A model generated the notes under the pieces. The model was not told where the DNA came from and made no database searches. It saw nothing but the letters and a program-made list of their open reading frames with translations. A stretch of 64,000 nucleotides of DNA from the NCBI GenBank assembly GCA_964035545.1, contig OZ037772.1, positions 8,735,150 through 8,799,149 of the forward strand, read 5' to 3'. Shown here piece after piece: positions 1-11,685 of this stretch. Both the position numbers and the translations under genes were made by a program. Source of the DNA: Bugula neritina (Eukaryota; Animalia; Bryozoa). How positions within the stretch are numbered: the first letter of the stretch is position 1; each line of letters starts with the position of its first letter.

Positions 1-1270
1 AACTACCAAAAAGACCACTCCTCTAACTCAAGAATATACGTCCTCATGGCAATATGTGGTGATATCTCTAGCTGTCTTTATTTTCTCATTCTCAATAGTA
101 GGAATAATGCTTGTATGCATGTCAAGTAAGTAAATCATTCTCCAGAATAATATATATAATTGTAGTGATGAATTTACTCAATAGTCTCTGTGGTGTAATG
201 GTAGCACACTTGCTTGCAAGCCAGAGGACTCGGGTTCGATTCCCAGTGGTGGCAACTAATTTACAAGCTATTTCGGCCTTTAGTAAAGTTTAGTTGTAGT
301 ACTCCGAGGGAGTTGAGTGGCCAGGGAAGCCTGATGACTGAAGAAGTAGTAGAGAGGCCAGTGGAGTTGAGAGAACTGGGTAGGATGTAGCAATGAGTTT
401 ACCCAGTGGTCCCGTCGTATAATGGTTAGCACACTTGCTGGCAAGCCAGAGGTCTCGGGTTCGAATCCCAGTGGGGGCAACTATTTTACAACAATGATTA
501 CCTGACTCTACAGTCTACACCTTTTACTGCAACAACCAAAAAGTTTTATTAAATGCTAGATTAATTTTGTTTATATTTTTAAAAAGATTTCCCATAGCAA
601 TGCTAAGTTCACTTTACAACTGTTTTGCTTAAACAAGTTGACAAAAACATTCATACAGTACTTTTCTTGAAGTAAAATTCTTGCTAATATTTTTAAATCA
701 TTTGTGAAAATCATCAAATTGCAAGTATATTGCAGGAAAACATTAAATAATTGGTATATGCCTTTTTACTTGGTCAGAAATTTAATCTCTCAAAGTCAGT
801 CAGTAGTAGTTTCTTAATATAGGAATATAGTGACACACTAATTACAAAACTTGGGGAGGGTTACAAATCCTTCCATTCTTTGCTGTAAAAAGTCATGCAA
901 GTTATATATGTAGTCACTACCCCTGTGAGAAAACCCATGATGGAAGAGGTTGTTTTATAACAATAACGAAGCTCGCTGTTAATGCCTATAATGATTGACA
1001 TAGATATGGCGACTAGACACAACAGTTTAATTGTTCTAGTATGCTGATAGCGGAGTTGTAAATGTTTTAGTGAACAAATCTATGAAGTTGGAACAAATGA
1101 GAAAAGCTGAAGAAATATCAAAGCAACATAAGAAAAAAAGAAAAAAGAGGAAACCAACAGCGTCTCTAGTTGGGTCAGATAGTGAGTCCCTGTATGGGAA
1201 CCCCGTGGAAAAGCCTAGAACCAAGACTAGGAAACATACAAAACCTAAGCTAAAAAGTTCGCATAAGTGA
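1..1270 (+). CDS. 3' part of a single-pass (type I) membrane protein: Thr-rich stalk, TM helix and basic cytoplasmic tail; 5' end lies outside the window
   Basis: Frame from nt 2 reads TTKKTTPLTQEYTSSWQYVVISLAVFIFSFSIVGIMLVCMS, then A|gtaagt donor after 125 (phase 1). Acceptor gttttag|TG at 1071 restores the frame into NKSMKLEQMRKAEEISKQHKKKRKKRK...SLYGNP...KSSHK* (stop ends 1270). Exons <1-125 and 1071-1270. No family recognised. Confidence 0.55.
161..490 (+). mobile_element. TRIM-like non-autonomous LTR retroelement with tRNA-derived terminal repeats (Helenus-like)
   Basis: Two 105-bp direct repeats, 161-265 and 386-490 (about 85% identical), each TGTAG...TTTACA and each holding A-box (TGGTGTAATGG / TCGTATAATGG) and B-box (GGTTCGATTCC / GGTTCGAATCC). 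The 120-bp interior ends in purine-rich gagagaactgggtagga. Flanks ATAAT/ACAAT (4/5 TSD). Confidence 0.7.
911..958 (-). mobile_element. 3' fragment of the tRNA-derived SINE family
   Basis: tagtcactacccctgtgagaaaacccatgatggaagagg matches the tail region of the copy at 3506-3728. Confidence 0.65.
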
Positions 1271-2781
1271 GTGCATGTTTTGAACAGTAGTTTGATATTA
1301 AGGAGTCGCTTTTCCTTAGCTGAGACATGCCTTGTAAATTATTCTGTCGTCTTCCCTTAAGAAGATTGAAGAAAATTGCAGAAAGTTTAATTCACTGAGG
1401 TATCGGCTATTGTAAGGAAAAGTAACTCTAATGGCAAAATAAAGCACAAACCTATAGCATCCTCATCATTGCTACAAATGGTTACGATTACAATCGATGT
1501 TTGTTTCATCTTTTTAAATATTTTTTTAATAATAATTTATAGCTTTTAAACATAAAACAATGTGATTGGCTATTGTACAACTTTTTCACATTGCTATGTA
1601 AAATGTAACTTTATTGCATATTGCGGTTTAACTTTTGTTTGAACAAAAATCAAAGCAAACAGGAAAACAAATTTGATTTAAAAAAAGCAATGTAATGTTT
1701 TATCAATATGCTAATATAATTTGCGCATTGCTTTTCTAATTGGGATGAGCATGTAGAGATAACTCAAATAACTAGTATTTATACTACAGTTGAATGATAT
1801 ATTACAGCACTGCATGGGAATAATAAGCATCTTATGCCACTTGCAGGCGTCTCTCTGATTTCTAGTTTCAGTAAACTATGCAGACGTTAAACGAGTTAAA
1901 TCAGTATAGAATAATTGGTAAAGAGTTGTTATTCAATGTGATGCTTTATAATACAATAGTCATAGTTGCCTGTAATACTAGAACTAGGCTTTATAGTTAA
2001 GCTCTCCTAATTTGTGCCAGTTCTACACTCTTTAGCTTTAAGCTAAAACTTCATGTTTGCTTAATCAATAAGTAATTGGGGTTGGATTACCACTGAGAAA
2101 TTAAAAGTTCCTGTAGCAACAAAATAGCATTTTAGAATATTCAGTTATTAATAGATTTACACACGGAGAGAGCATAACTCCCCGATACCTAATTTCTATA
2201 TTGGTCTATTTTCTATTTTAGTTGATGCTGCAAGTTGTGGCTTAGATGTAAATTACTATAGTTTAACTTAGCAATTGTGATTAATTGCAGAGAAGCTTCT
2301 CCACTCAAATACACAACACAATTTTTTTTTATTATTTTTCAGTTTTTCAAATAGAAATAATAACACAATTAAACCAAACATTACTTTTGCTTACTTAAAA
2401 AATATACAAAGAGAACAATATATATAACAAACATAAAACTTGCAATTCTTTCTATAGCTTTCAAATAAATCGTAAAAGTTATAAAAGAAACAAAATTTGT
2501 GGCAAAGCTCTTATGCCAATATAGTATATTTACTATGGTGCTAAAACCGACTCTGTAATAGCATATTTTTTGCCCATGTACATTATAATTTAGCTAATAT
2601 ATGTTTGGAATACATGCGATCTATCTAAATTTTGGACTAAGGTATCACTAAAAAGAAAGAGTGTAATGTGCAATGTGTTGATTTTTCAACTCTCAATAAA
2701 GGGTTGAAAAATCAACATAGTATTGAAACAACATGTACTGTTATTATAACTATAAAATTACGTTAAAACAATGTATGCTAT

Positions 2782-5107
2782 TCAAATTCCATGAACTTCG
2801 ACTTCATAAAGATTAACATAAGTATTAGCGTTGAACAGAATCTGAACAAAACGACCTCTGATAGGTTGTTTACAAGTAGCCAGGGTGTAGTATCGGTTAA
2901 GAACTCCATCATGGTAGTAACACAGGACTTCAGGGTTTGTTCCGGTAAATTCTATTTTTTCTTCTGCCATAGCAACTGTAACCTCAGCGTTCAAAGACCT
3001 TTCTCTCCAATTTTCATGGGGTGCTTAATTTTAAAAAATTCAAATTTAAATTTAAAATTGAAAATACTAAGCAGAAAAAACACGGTGAATAAATACTTCC
3101 TTCTGAAGTCTTTGCAAAAAAATTGTTACATAATTTATTTAAATTTGTCTCAAGCTGAGCAAAGCAGAGAATAGCATATTACGTCAGCTTTTCAACTTAC
3201 AAAATAGCACATTTTATAATCAACTTTATATTTTTTAATTGTCAGTATATTATTTAACCTCATTATATAAACTTCATAAAGATAATTATATAATGTACCA
3301 TTCCCTCTGTTGAGGATGTTGACAGCCCAGACACAGTAAACATCAACCAGATCCACTCTCCACCAGGGTCTGTGTTCTGGTCCTCGGTTGTGGGCCATTG
3401 ATGTCTCTATTTCATTTTCGGTATAAATACCATCAACAGCGTCTGATGCGAAAAACTTGTTTGGCCTGTAAACACTCGAGAGTGTTGCTGGTTTACCTGT
3501 AAAACAAAAAAAAACTCACACAAGTTTATATAGTCACTATCCCTGTGAGAAAACCCCTGATAAAAAGGGTTTTTTGTTAAAGCGGGCTAAAGGCTTATCT
3601 AAATGAGGCACAGGAGCCATTATGACTGAATGTTCTTCCTAACATCACCAATGGCCTTTGTCAGGGCTTGAACCCATGACCTTCGTGTTAACTAGGCAAC
3701 GCTCTAACCCCTAGACCACGGCTGCTCCCTAACCCCTCATTCACACTTACCGTATCGTACGCCGTAACAGCAAAAATAAAATGGCGACGCTGTTGCATTT
3801 TGTCGACGGGTGTTCACACATTGCCGTAAAAGTACAATGCATGACGGTGAGCTGTGATCAATCATAATAAAGCCAACTCGTGTCTGCGGTGATTTGAACG
3901 CCTTTGAATATTATTTACAAATTATTCGCAACATTCTTATCAAAAGATGTGATACAAATGCTATTTACTAAATAAAAGCAATTACATAAAAAGAATCTTT
4001 CTTTTAAATATATTCGTTTTTAAAATAATTGTGCAAACTAATTTAAATAATGAATATTTAAGCCGTCCAAATCATTTTTAAGTTTTTGATTTGCTTGATT
4101 TTGTGATTAGGGAAAGCTAGATTTTTAAGCTGAGTTTAATTCAAACAAGCCGGATAAAGATTTTTTTAATCTTTTAAAACTTTTGAATTGGTTAAATTAA
4201 ATCAAAAATAAGGGATTAAAATAAACTAGCGAACATGTTCTTTAAATTTTAGTACCAGATCAACTCTACCCAATAGGAGCCCACCGTGATTTTTTGAATC
4301 AACCACTGCTTGATCAACGCCGCAACGTATACCGGAGTGCAATTTAGGCCGGATGTTAACAAAAGTCGCTAAAATTTGCTGTTACGGCGTACGGTACGGT
4401 AAGTGTGAATAGGGGGTAACAAACAACCCCGGTTAAATCAATCAATATCGAGCTAGTCAGCACTGATATTCTATTGTTAACATTTTAATTCATACCTTAA
4501 AATTATAAGATGAATAGTGCATCATGGATCGAGTACTTATACAGTTATATGACTATTTATATTTTAAATAAATGTTTTTTCAGAATGTTGTCTGCATGAA
4601 TATAGAAAGCACACATACAACATCATTGAGCTTAAACATGTATCATATACATAATACTAAGAGTGAAATTATAGAACAGCAAATCTTATATGGTTGCTTG
4701 ATATAAAAAAATACTCGCTTTAGAGCATAAAACACTGTCATAATCAATTTGCTTAAAGTACCTCTTGCCAGAAGTTTGTTTGGGGACTTGTTGGCTCTCT
4801 GTGAAATAAAGATGTAATAGTCTTCCTTTCTCCCATTCCACTCTGTGAAGAGTTGAGGATTCACACATTGCTTCAGAAAACATCTTTTATTCTGAATATC
4901 ATAAATCATTCCCAAGCAATTCTCATCTTCTTTACAGTCTAGCAGACAGATTCCAACAACTTCACTAAATACTGATTCACCTGTCATATGATCTGTGACT
5001 GACCTGGTTTCTGGTACACTGTATCTTCTGAATCTGTTAGTGTCAGTGCTGCATTTACCACTGACAGGTGCCACAAGGTGCAGTAACACTAAAAAGAATG
5101 AAAACAT
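2782..5107 (-). CDS. Secreted PAN/apple-domain + F-type lectin (fucolectin / F5-8 type C fold) protein, 261 aa, 3 exons
   Basis: Exons 5107-4762, 3496-3299, 3023-2782 (GT-AG, phases 1/1, 786 nt). Signal peptide MFSFFLVLLHLVAPVSG; PAN-like CLLDCKEDENCLGMIYDIQNKRCFLK; F-type lectin motifs LARGKPATLSS, AVDG, AH, PWWRVDL, VNILNR, CKQPIRGRFVQI, LYEVEV. Confidence 0.88.
3506..3728 (-). mobile_element. tRNA-derived SINE, full-length copy (central domain resembles Meta-type SINE cores)
   Basis: Minus strand reads GGAGCAGCCGTGGTCTAGGGGTTAGAGCG (A-box) ... GGTTCAAGCCC (B-box), then core GGTGATGTTAGGAAGAACATTCAGTCATAA and tail CAGGGATAGTGACTATA...GTGTGAG(T)n. Seven related copies occur in the window. 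The Meta assignment is from memory of the core motif and is unverified. Confidence 0.85.
3733..4416. mobile_element. PIF/Harbinger-type (Tourist-like) MITE
   Basis: About 42-bp TIRs cccctcattcacacttaccgtatcgtacgccgtaacagcaaa / tttgctgttacggcgtacggtacggtaagtgtgaataggggg; TAA on both sides (3730-3732, 4417-4419); no coding capacity. Confidence 0.85.
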
Positions 5108-5352
5108 GAATTGAAAATAGTTAAGTTAGAAATTGATACCTATATTATACTTGATATATAATTGATGAACATGTCTATATGAGCCTTTCTGAGCAATTAC
5201 TAATTCTGTAGTTTTAAGTTTAATACATAATCAAATACTAATTTGATTGATTATTTTTTGTTAAGTACCTGAGCTGACTAAAGGGAGTTTAAATGTTTAG
5301 TTGCTAACTTAAGAGCATATTAGAATTAGATTTATAATAATCTTATAGAAAC

Positions 5353-5554
<202 letters not shown>

Positions 5555-6237
5555 GATTTAAAGTTACAAAATTATTTCCAATAACACTCAATAATACAAT
5601 ACATAAAAAACTTTATGTTAAAATATTATTCACTCTTCTATCAAACTTAAGAACCATCAAAGTTGCATAAGTTATATTTATACTCATATATAAATACATA
5701 AATTACAGTTGCATAATAAATTAAGACAGACCTGCTAGATATGGAGTGTACATTTTGTGTTAATGGGTATCGTTGTTCTCTTTCTCTGGTGGCAACTGTT
5801 AACATCAGTGGTATATAAATAATATGAATCGCACTTATAAATATTGCTTGAAGAAATGAAAGAACGTGCATGTTATACAACTTCATTTGCTTTCCGAAAT
5901 GAAAACTATATACTTTCTATTTAATTATTGTTCTTTCTTTTAATGTATAAACTTAATATATGTTTGACAGTACCTTTTACAAGATTACATAATGCACTTA
6001 GACTGGTTTACACAATCTCTCATCTATAAAAATCAATTATCAAAATAAAGAAATCTTTCAAAGATGAAAACTATAAGAATATAAAATTTTCAAGACTATA
6101 ATCTGCTAATGTATTCAAACGAATTGTATATTGTATTGCATTGTATATTTTCTTGGTATATGCATCACAAAATATATTTATTTCATGTTTAGCATAATCT
6201 ATAGTAAAACAGCCTAAAGATAACAAGTGATAGTTAT

Positions 6238-6341
6238 TGCAAAAAATGCCCCCTCTGGGATTCGAACCACCGGCTTGTAAGCAGCACCGCTTTAATCAAT
6301 TACGTACACCACAGGGGCTGCTGAGCTATTTGAACGCTACA
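6238..6341 (-). mobile_element. Solo terminal repeat (solo LTR) related to the tRNA-containing TRIM family
   Basis: Minus strand TGTAGcgttcaaatagctcagcaGCCCCTGTGGTGTA...GGTTCGAATCCCAGAGGGGGCAttttTTGCA, 104 bp, same layout as 161-265. Flanks GTTAT (6233-6237) / GTTAG (6342-6346). Confidence 0.65.
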
Positions 6342-6835
6342 GTTAGGTTTTAGGAGAATCGATGAAAAGTTCAAAGATAAACATTTAGCTTACTTTCTCC
6401 TATTTTAAAAACTCTATGAATACATTTTAAATAGTTAAATAACAATGCTAGCAAAATTTAAATTAAACCTTATGCTTTTAATCAAGGTATGTACATGTAA
6501 ATTTATTCAAAATATTATGTTATGACTGCATAATACTGCCATGACTTTGTAGACACCACTTGATGCTTTTGGTGTCTGGTTTTTCCAGAAAGAGCTTACT
6601 GGCTTTCTTATAGGAATACAAACTCTTTTATAGAGAAAGTTTTTTACATGTGATGCAACTTGATTGTCATTTAGTTCAACGCTCACAGTTTATATTATTA
6701 TAGCGCTATGGCTACTATATCCTATTTATAATTGAAATTATTATTTTACGGTGGTTTTTTTACTGCAGCTTTTTATAAATGTACTGCTTGCAAAGATGTT
6801 AATATAAAATGCTAAGTTTTAACTGACTCAAGTTA

Positions 6836-7200
6836 ACCTCTATTCACTCTTTGCCGTATAGTGAGCCGCAACAGCAAAAACAAAATGGCAACGCTGTTAC
6901 GCTTTGTCAACATGCGTTCACACACTGAAAACAAGTACAACGCATGATGTTGAGCTGTGACCAATCATAATAAGGCGAACTATTGTCTGTGATGACTTGT
7001 ATGCTTTTGTATATTATATCACAAAATTCTTCTCAAAAGATGTGATCTAAATGCTATATTGACTAGATAACGGCAATTAAAAGAAGAAAACTCTTTGTTT
7101 GATATATGATTTCTTAAAATGATTGTGCAAACTGATTTGAATAATAAATATTCAAACCTTCCAAATAATTTTTAATTTTTTGGTTTGCTTGCTTTTGTAA
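6836..7200 (+). mobile_element. Left-hand fragment of the Harbinger-type MITE family
   Basis: Colinear with about 3733-4110 (tattcactctttgccgtatagtgagccgcaacagcaaaaacaaaatggcaacg ... tgagctgtgaccaatcataataa ... gattgtgcaaact); right TIR absent. Confidence 0.75.
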
Positions 7201-8061
7201 TAGACCATGTAACACTCAACCAATCAGCAAAGCGTACCAGCTCAATACTCCACAATTATAACTTATATAAAATTCTGCATATTCAGTTGCAAAATGCATG
7301 CTTCAATTTTTTTCAAGTGCATTACTTTATTTCATACCTTAAATTTATGACACTCTGATGTATTATTCAAAACATCTAAATTAAGTGTTTATAAAATGCA
7401 ATTGAATATTGCATGTCTACAAAAAATGGTACAATTTTGCAGCTTAAGGCCAGTTGTTACATAATTTTTACCTTTATTTGTTCTCTATCATACTAGTATG
7501 AATGAGTATTGTTCACCAATATGCCAGCTGGTAATGAGCCACCAGATTTTGGTACAGAACTCTCATTGGCTAGGCTTTTTGAATCTTCTGATCATCAGTT
7601 TTTGTTATTCGGGTTTATCTCCCCTGCTCAAATGTTATGATAATAAATAACACTTTTTCATAAATATTATCAGAGCTAATTTATTTAAATATGTTTACTC
7701 TTTCTTTAATAGTAACGAATCAACTTAAAAATGTTTTTGTTGTTTGAGATTTTGCTAAAAACTTGTAAACGTGTATTTTAACACTGTTTTTTTAAATATA
7801 AATTGCATATATATATATATATTTGTTGCAAGTCGTTAGTCTGAAGCTATACTTGTGACCAATTCGTATGTAATACTTTTTGAAATGGCCCCATAATCGG
7901 CCGTTAAAAATGTTATAACATCTTTGATTGCTGACACTCATACGCACCCTTTCAATATCATAGTGGAAGCACTATCATGTTCCTCTTCACTATGCTTTTG
8001 GTAAGTCATTACACCCAAAATCCCCTATTATCAGATCACTAGAAACTGTCAATGCAACTCA

Positions 8062-8361
8062 CCCCCTGTTCACCCATTGACGTATAGTACGGCTGTAATG
8101 TAAAATATCAGCCATCTTTAATGTTTCCAGGCTGAAGTTTACAAAGTCCGCTATTAGGTAATTTACAAGACATTTCATTGGACAATTTTATCCAATGAGC
8201 TGACACAAAAGTTTTTCTGTCCAATAGGAACCCACCGCAACTAGTTTGAATCAAGCAGTGCTTGATCCTAACGTACCACACCGTACAGGAAGCTCAGAAA
8301 TTTGTAAAAATGGCTGATATTTTACATTACGGTGTATGATACGGCAATGTGTGAACAGGGG
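8062..8361. mobile_element. Short MITE of the same Harbinger-type family
   Basis: About 55-bp TIRs ccccctgttcacccattgacgtatagtacggctgtaatgtaaaatatcagccat / atggctgatattttacattacggtgtatgatacggcaatgtgtgaacagggg; interior shares ccaatagga-cccaccg and ttgaatcaa..gcttgatc with 3733-4416. Confidence 0.8.
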
Positions 8362-9048
8362 TTTAGTCATTACACCCAAATCCTCTTATCATCAGATAAC
8401 TAGAAACTTTCAATGCAGCTAAGTATGCAGAGTAATATGTGATATCGTTACCAATGGTGTTTGCAAACATAACATATTGCTAGAAAAAAGCCACCTAAAT
8501 TTGTCTGTTTAAGTTGTGTGATCAGCTGGTCACCAATGGACTTTTCATTGTGCAAAAGCTTTTTTTATTTGTAAATATTAATCTAGGAAAAAAACATATA
8601 AATAGCAGCTATTCAATTTAAGGTGGTTAAAATATTTATTAAACTCCAACATTTTAAATGATTGCAAATCTCTCTGGTTGGCTGATGAATGCATGTTTCC
8701 AGTTGTATACGTGCCAGCCGAAAGCATGATAACTTATATCATTCAAACAAAGTACTTACATTATAATTTCTACTTAAATTCATTTGAAGATGTTTTGCAA
8801 TATTGCACAAAGCCAGAAACATTAAGCCATTAATTTATAAGCAAGCCTTAGTAAATGAATATTGTTACGATCTGGTACCATGCAACTAGTTACAAACAAC
8901 TAGCTAGTATAAATTATATTTAGAACAAAAAATATCGGTGTTGTGTTTAAAAACAAATGAAATATGATGCAGTTTTAATTTAAAATTTTTAAAATAATAT
9001 TATATGAAGTTATTTATTTCCTGAATTTATCAGGTTAACTTTCAAACT

Positions 9049-9206
9049 GAGAGAAACCCCTGAAGGAAAAAGTTTTGTTAAAGGACTTATTCATCTATGT
9101 GGCACAGGAGCAATTATAACTGGATGCTCTTCCTAACATCACCAATGACTTCTACTTGGGTTTGGACCCACGACTAAGCCAAACACTCTAACTATTGAAC
9201 TATGAC
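9049..9206 (-). mobile_element. Partial tRNA-derived SINE
   Basis: gtggcacaggagcaattataactggatgctcttcctaacatcaccaatg matches the family core. Confidence 0.8.
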
Positions 9207-9423
9207 CCCTATAGGGTTATAGTTCAGTGACTCTAACTCCTTTATAAGCTACTATGAGTTCATTAATTTAGCAATATTTAGGTAGTTTTTAATTTTTTTG
9301 ACCTGCATGATTTAATTCGTTTTAAATAATAAATCTTTGGAAACAAAATTATATTTTGATCTTCTAGCTTTATTCTGTGTATATTTACATATTACATTAT
9401 TTATAGTTGTAAGCAATCATAGT

Positions 9424-9484
9424 GGCAAATTTATCTGATGAGTGCACATCGTTTTTGTGTACGAAACTACTAGTAATAAATGCC
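9424..9484 (+). ncRNA. Minimal type I hammerhead ribozyme (Penelope-type)
   Basis: Stem I atttat/ataaat; core CTGATGA 9435-9441; stem II gtgcaca/tgtgtac; GAAA 9463-9466; stem III cta-c-tag; GUA cleavage triplet ending 9475. A (TA)n tract lies about 100 bp downstream. Confidence 0.75.
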
Positions 9485-9582
9485 ATTATATTAATCAAAT
9501 CTCATTTTATTTCTTCTAATGTTTATGCTCTAGATTTATTTCTATAGAGCACTCTAGTAACGTTTTATAAAACACTCATTTT

Positions 9583-9586
<4 letters not shown>

Positions 9587-9651
<65 letters not shown>
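9587..9651. repeat. (TA)n microsatellite
   Basis: Direct reading. Confidence 0.97.
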
Positions 9652-9658
<7 letters not shown>

Positions 9659-11504
9659 CGTAAATATATATTTTATGGACAATGCGTTGGTTAAGGGCGT
9701 GTCATGACACACTGATTCGGCCATATTATTGGGTATAGGTTCCAATTGCCAGGGCCAAAGTTGACGCGTAACAGGTTAATTGAGTGATGCTAGAGTAAAG
9801 ATAAAACTGACTTAGCCCGAGCATTCACATATATGCTCTGAGATAGTAGATAGTAGGGAATTATTAAACAAATTAGGAAATATACAGAAAAGGTGATTTT
9901 TGTTTGGGCAATAAATTATACTGATATATAAGACATAGTTTTTTTGCAGTCATACAATATATTGCTAGAAACTAAACACTTACATCAAATTTAGGTTGAC
10001 CCCCCCCCCCCCCCCTTAAAATAACGAACTAATGAAATAGGCTTCAGTTTAATTTGTCATAGTGAGATTAATCTATGGGGTTATCTTCCCATGCATTTTT
10101 CAGGTTTTCCTTATAAGTATGATTTCATTAAATTTACATTTTGTTTTTTATTTTCGACCTGTTTTAATTGGTTTTCATATAATAAATATGAAAAAAATAT
10201 TGAAAGTCTAAAAGTTAGTTAGGTAATAGGTTCAGAAAGATGACAATTTAAAAAATAAGATTTAATAGTCCATAACATGTAAAAATCATTGTCATATGTC
10301 GGTCTGTTTTTGTCTCGGGCTCTTATAGTTATAGACAGAAATAAGTTACAACTCATAAGCATTTTTTCATATTTTGACCAAATCTTTAGAATATTACGAT
10401 TTAATATAACTCAGCAAGCACGAATTATCTTATAATAATATTCAGATGTCTTTTGGTTGCTAGGAGATTTTCAACAACATAATTAATGAGTTTTAATTAA
10501 ATTACTAGCTCTGGATTCGCCTTAACAGTTTGGAGGTATATCTATCCACACCCTAAACTATGACCATTTCGAAATTGAGGACTTAGGCTAGTATTGTGCT
10601 GACAGGTCTTAGCCTAAAATCTCTTCACCAGTTGGGGGTGTAAGCTGCCAAGCCGTATTACTTATTGCTGAGCTTAAGACTTCTGGTTAAATGAATAGGA
10701 TATGCCACTTCATGTAATGTAGATGATGGATTAGAAGATGCATTCAACTGAGACCCAGTGTCAATAGGTCTGGTGTCTTGGTAGTACACAGCTTTGCAAC
10801 CAGCTTTGGGTGGATTCTTGAGTTTGTAAGGTAAGGAACAATAGTAAGGTATTTAACATAATAAAAACACATTTTTATTCACAAAGTTATATATGCTGCA
10901 TAATATGAAGCTATGCTGTTTTTGGTTGGTACTTGATCAAGTGACCACTTTTGCAGAACTTTTTCAAATGAGTTGCGGAGCTTTTCATATGTTAATGGCA
11001 TAAACGAATTCGGTTTGATAAATGAGGAGTTTCAAATTAATGATTTTATATTACTTTTTAGCTGTAACAATTATTTGAGGAAAATCTGAAAGCAACTTTG
11101 CAAGTTCCATGGGCTGAGTGTCACATTAGATTATTGTTAATGTTAAAGTTTTTTGTAAGAGTTTGTACCTACGCTGCTTCAGAATTTTTCATTTAACGTT
11201 TGGAAACATTTGCATCAAATGAAACGGAAACCACAAGCTAAAGCAAACCTAAACCACAAATTCATCCATATAAATTCATTAGCAGTAGTGAAAATGCAGG
11301 CTATAACTCTCTGCCAGTAGCAATCAACAAATATCAGACACTAAATTTCTATGCTTTTTACTGGGCTGCCTGTTCCTCATGATATGTAATCGGAAGCACA
11401 TTGGCCTATATGCTTGCTTATATCTCTCAGAAGCTTATATAGCACATCAATTTGAGCAATTGGAACATATAGGATATCAATTGGAAGAGGATTTAGAGTC
11501 TTAT

Positions 11505-11685
11505 AGGGGTTAGAGGGTTTGGTTTAGTAAACACGAAGTCAAGGGTTCGAATTCCAGAAAAGGCCATTGGTGATATTAGGAAGAGCATCCAGTCATAATT
11601 GCTCCTGTGTCACGTCTGAATAACTCTTTAGCCCAATTCAAAAAGACTCTTTTCGTCAGGGGTTTTCAAAAGGATAGTGACTATA
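11505..11685 (+). mobile_element. tRNA-derived SINE (slightly 5'-truncated)
   Basis: ggggttagag...GGTTCGAATTCC...ggtgatattaggaagagcatccagtcataattgctcctgtg...ggatagtgactata. Confidence 0.85.

Noticed and set aside
184-480. Two functional tRNA genes (and a third at 6247-6318)
   Set aside because: A and B boxes are present, but the acceptor, anticodon and T stems are mispaired, and homology extends beyond the tRNA to shared TG..CA ends. Better explained as terminal repeats.
8682-8735. Hammerhead at ctgatga...gaaa
   Set aside because: Stem II does not close onto GAAA, and no stem III, NUH site or stem I was found.
10500-10830. GC-richer island as an exon or ncRNA
   Set aside because: No convincing spliceable frame or recognisable RNA family; likely an unclassified repeat.
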